The position numbers and the translations under genes are program-made. From Heterodontus francisci (lineage: Eukaryota): a stretch of DNA of 64,000 nt. This document shows positions 59,681 to 64,000 of the stretch, one piece after another; within the stretch, counting starts at the first letter, position 1, and every line of letters starts with the position of its first letter. The stretch is taken from NCBI RefSeq assembly GCF_036365525.1, contig NW_027141968.1:1-64000 (forward strand), in the 5' to 3' direction. Under the pieces are notes generated by a model, which was not told the DNA's origin, did no database searches, and saw only the letters and a program-made list of their open reading frames with translations.

Positions 59681-62600
59681 ACTAAAGTCCATTTTAATTT
59701 AAAGTCCGTAAGAAACTAAAGACCATTTTAATTTCCAGGAAGCCCAAAATTGGAATTAACCGACTGGAATTGCCGAGTGGGGTAAGAGCTGTGGGAAATA
59801 CCTCTTGTCTTACACTTTCTTCACCTTGCATTCTCAGAGATAAAGGGAGGCAGCCTAATTGCTGAAGTAACCTTTTTGACAGAGAGAAAACAGGAAGAAA
59901 GTGGAATTTCCTGCTGGTTTTCAGCATGTGTGTTCTTTTTGATAGCCTGACAAACAACAAGAGTCGTTTTAATTTACTTGCTCCTTGTCGAAAGGGCTCA
60001 GAGAGAAGTAAGAATGCAGCTTGAAGGCAACTGGAGTTTGAATGAGCTGTTCCCTCAACAGCTACAGTTTCAAATCCAGACAGGGTGAAAAGCATGGTTT
60101 CTGGATCCTGTGAGTGGACCCCTTCAGGTACCTGTCCTCCCTGATTTCCCTACTCCATTTTAAGAAGTGGAACACAGAAATAAAAACTTAACATGACAGT
60201 TGACAACAAGACCCAAGTGCACAAAACACAAGTTACGGTTGGTTCTCAACTGTTCATGAGACCTTTCCCCCTTGGAGAAAAAAATCAGTTTACTTCATTT
60301 TTTTTTCTTAACATAGTTTTGCATTAAAAAGGAAACAGAACAGGTAAAGAGGTATTCATTTGTTCTCTCATTCACACTTAAACGTTATATACAAGGGGTT
60401 GTCTGGTGCAACCTCAGTACCTGGCCAATTGCAAAAGGGGTTAACCTCGGGACAAGGCGTCAGCGATGACGTTGTTGTTTCCTGTAATGTGAGTGATTTT
60501 TAGGTTAAAGGGCTGCAGCAGCAAACCCCAGCGGAAGAACAGGTCATTAGTGGCTCTGAACTTCTCTAAGAATTTCAGAGGGTTGTGGTCCATATACAAA
60601 GGTTCTCGGTGTCCATGGTGAACATAAATCTCAAAATTTAAAAAAGCTAATAGGAGACCCAAGGTTTCTTTCTCGACCATGGAGTACCTGCCTGGTGTCT
60701 GTTTAGCCTTTTTGAGAAATATGCAATTCGATGTTCGATCCCAGAGTCATTCTCCAGTCGTAGGACTGCTCCCACTCCTAAATCGCTGGCATCAATGACC
60801 ACTCTGAATAATTTGCTGAAGAAAGGGACAGATAATATGGAATAAAAACAAGTAATGCTGGAACCACTCAGCAGGTCTGGCAGCATCTGTGGGAAGGGAA
60901 GCAGAGTTAACGTTTCGGGTCAGTGACCCTTCATCGGAACTGACAAATGTTAGAAAAGTCACAGGTTATAAGTAAGTGACGTGGGGGTGGGGCAAGAGAT
61001 AACAAAGGAGGTCTAGATTGGACCAGGCCACATAGCTGACCAAAAGGTCACGGAGCAAAGGCAAACAATATGTTAATGTTGTGTTGAAAGACAAAGCATT
61101 AGTACAGATTAAGTGTAAATACACTGAATATTTAACAGCAGCAAGTGCAAACCTGAAAAAAACAATGGGTAAGCAAACTGAATAAACTAAAATGAAATGA
61201 AATAAATGCAAAAAAAAAAGATTGCAAAAAATGTAAAAAAAAAGAATGGAAAAGAAAAAGGAAGAAAAAATAACTAAAAATGAAAGTAAAATGGGGGGCT
61301 GTCATGCTCTGAAATTATTGAACTCAATGTTCTGTCCGGTTGGCTGCAGCGTGCCTAATCGGTAAATGAGATGCTGTTCCTCGAACTTGCGTAGATGTTC
61401 ATTGGAACACTGCAGCAATCCCAGGACAGAGATGTGGGTTCAATCCCAGGACAGAGACAGATAATATGGGTTCATTTACTTGGATGCCTTTGAATTTTGC
61501 AAATATCTCTGATCATTGCTTTTTCTTAGTGCATCTGCTAGTGGGGCGGCTAGGGTGCTAACGTTTAGGACAAACCTTCATCAAAACCCAAAATCCCAAG
61601 GAATTGCCTGATCTCCCATTAGTTCTTGAGAGTAGGTAATGCGACCAGGGCATGTACTTTGGCTTCGCAGAGTAGCACAGTTCCCTGTCCTACTACATTA
61701 CCCAGGTAAGTCACTCTGGCATTAGATGACTCGCTTTTTTTCCAGGTTCAGCACCCGGTTTGCCCTTTTCAGTCACTGAAACACAGCCTGCATGTCGTTT
61801 CAATGCTCATCCCAGGTGTCACTGTAAATTATCAAGTTGTCCAGGAACACAGCACAATTGCTAGGTCCAGCTATTACCTGGTTTCTCAACCATGGAAATA
61901 CTGATGGGGCATTTTTTAAGACCAAAGACCTTACACTGATATAGGCCATCCGGGATGACAAATGCTGAGATCTCTCTCACACTGGGTGGTCTTCCAAGAC
62001 ACGTGCGTTTGCAGTCTAACAGCCGGGGGTTCAACCGTGGTCTCGTCCTCTTCGTTTGACTCCTCCTGGCTGCCCTCAGATAGTTTTACCCTCTGGCAAA
62101 CACGCACTGGTTGAGTGGGTTTGGTTTTGCGTAGCGATCCCAAACAATCTATCAATAGATGGTCAAATGGTTTGCCAAATGCCGGAATGGATTTGAGGGA
62201 GGTGGGGGGGGGGGGGGGGCGGGGGGTGGGGGGGGGGATGGTGGGGGCGATTGGGGGCGGTTTAACTGTGCCCTGGACTTTTTCTGCAACCTAGAAAACA
62301 TGGCAGGTTTTAGAATATTCGGCCACATCGGACCGGAGGCAAGGCCAGAAAAAGTGTTTGTATATTCCACCTAACGTTTTTAAAGTACCCACATGTCCAG
62401 CCATCAGGATAGCATGGGTTATCCTTAAAATCTATTGCCGGTATTATGTGGTTGGTGGAGCACTGTCCACAACTGCTCCGCAGGTCTCCACGTCTGCATT
62501 GCTACCCCATCTGGCAGATCGTAACACTCAAGGATCAGAGTTGTCCCTGCCTCAGAACAAGCAGTCTGTGCTGTGTGTTTTACTTCAGGATCTGCCTGCT

Positions 62601-63465
62601 GACCGTTAATTAGAGCGTCTCGACTGAGCACCCCCTCCACTTCGGACAGGTCCTTGAAGAAAGCTTCAGCTAATCAGATAATCAAGTCTCTGGCACATCC
62701 AGCTGGGGCACTGATTCGCTTTCAACTGAATCATTCCTGTCTGGTTTGGAACTGAGTCACTACTCAATCAGGGCAACTTCCTGGTACTTCTTCTTGTAGC
62801 TGTTCAGTTTCCCTGGTTTCACTGGACTGGTCGAAGATTATAGTGGTTGTTATTATCTTTCTGCCAGCCAAGGCAGTCCCCAGTAGGAAGTATATCACTG
62901 TTAAAGTAACTCTGAGACAATTACTACGGCTATGGGTCCTGAGACTAGGTCGCACTCTTGGTGGACTCAACGGAGGGGAACAGACGGGCAACCTTCTCCC
63001 ACTCCGCTGACCAGTGCCTTGGTTTTCATGGAGGTTTCGGGAGGAAGGATTAGGCTGCTCTCTAACATCAAGTACTAAGTCGCCCCTGTATCCCTGAGCA
63101 GTATAATGGACTTGGTCAGCACCTGAGAATGGTAGGGAGCACGGTTCCTCCGAGGGCAAAACTCTGGTAACACTCTGGGAATTTTTCTGGTCCAGTAACA
63201 TATACAAAATTTCCCTCAGAGGGTCTCGACTCTTCCATGAGAGACTTTGCCGGTCCTGCTATGCTCTTTACTGGGCTACCCTCTTTGGGATCGCCTTTGC
63301 AGAGACCTATTTGAACCGCTAGTTTTCATTTTAGCCTCCAGCATTCGAGCCTGAAGTGACCCATCATGTTGCAGTGGGAACACACTGGTCTCTGGAGTTT
63401 CTTTTTGTGGGTTAGAGGTGGACTCTTCGTACTCTCGCTCTCGCATCTTTCCAGCTGTGGCTCTC
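59680..63465 (-). mobile_element. Gmr1-like Gypsy remnant: zinc knuckle, PR, INT, RT, RNase H, PPT, 3' LTR
   Basis: CSHCNMMGH..EC; LRDTGA; GHVG..KT...HFFWP; IDCLGSL; FGLKNAP, FLDN; DASDLGVGAVL...NVIADALSR*. PPT AAGGGGGAAAGG at ~60261-60273. Confidence 0.9.
60841..61455 (-). mobile_element. Penelope 3' fragment with 14-bp TSD
   Basis: GACAGATAATATGG at 60827-60840 and 61456-61469; RKFEEQHLIYRLG + pLTR. Confidence 0.92.
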
Positions 63466-63466
63466 A

Positions 63467-64000
63467 TAGAGCATTAGGAAAAATATGGCACATAAGGAGG
63501 CCATTCAGTCTGTCGTGTCTGTGCCGGCTGAAAAGAACTAGCTGCCGCATCAAATCCCATAGTCATGCAGGTTACAGCACTTCAGTGCATGTCCAGGCAC
63601 ATTTTTAAAGGAATTGAGGGTATCTGCCTCAACCACCGTTCCGGACAGTGAATTCCAGACACTCACTACCCTCGGTGTGAAAAAGTTTTTCCTCATGTCC
63701 TCTCTAACCCTTCTACCAATCACCTTATAGCAGTGCCCCCTGGTAATTGACCTCCCCACGAGGGGAAACAGCTCCTTCCTGCCTACTCTATCTAGGCCCC
63801 TCATAATTTTGTACATCTCAAATAAGTCACCCCTCAGCCTCCTCTGCACGAAGGAAAACAACTCTAGCCAATCCAATGTGTTATCATAGCTGCAACTTTC
63901 AAACCCTGGCAACATTCTTGGAAAACTCCCCTGCACTCTCTCCAGACCAATTATGTCCTTCCTGTAATGCGGTGACCAGAACTGTACGCAATACTCCAGC
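63467..64000 (-). mobile_element. CR1 3' fragment running off the window
   Basis: RRLRGDLFEMYKIMRG, FFTPRVVSVWN. Confidence 0.9.

Overview
Eukaryotic, very TE-rich vertebrate genomic DNA. The repeat content (CR1 LINEs with SGNH-esterase ORF1, HE1-like V-SINEs, Deu-domain SINE, Penelope elements, Gmr1-like Gypsy) points to a cartilaginous fish. This is an inference. Most of the window is nested transposons. These include one CR1 with both ORFs intact (46195-50389), a second CR1 with an intact ORF2 and an 8x161-bp 5' monomer array (36945-42364), Penelope elements with hammerhead-like motifs, three Gmr1-like LTR retrotransposon remnants, an ERV-like remnant with a tRNA-Ser PBS, and a Harbinger remnant. 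Host-gene signal is sparse and on the minus strand. There is a clear first exon encoding a signal peptide (6213-6306) behind a TATA/HNF1/CCAAT promoter, plus up to three candidate exons of an unidentified upstream gene. Four observations stand out: (1) a U_UUA_AAC -1 slippery heptamer conserved exactly at the ORF1 stop/ORF2 overlap of four divergent CR1 copies; (2) the CR1 5' monomer array; (3) the liver-type promoter of the secreted-protein gene; (4) an old inverted duplication at the left edge. Boundaries of degenerate repeats are approximate, and identities are visual estimates.
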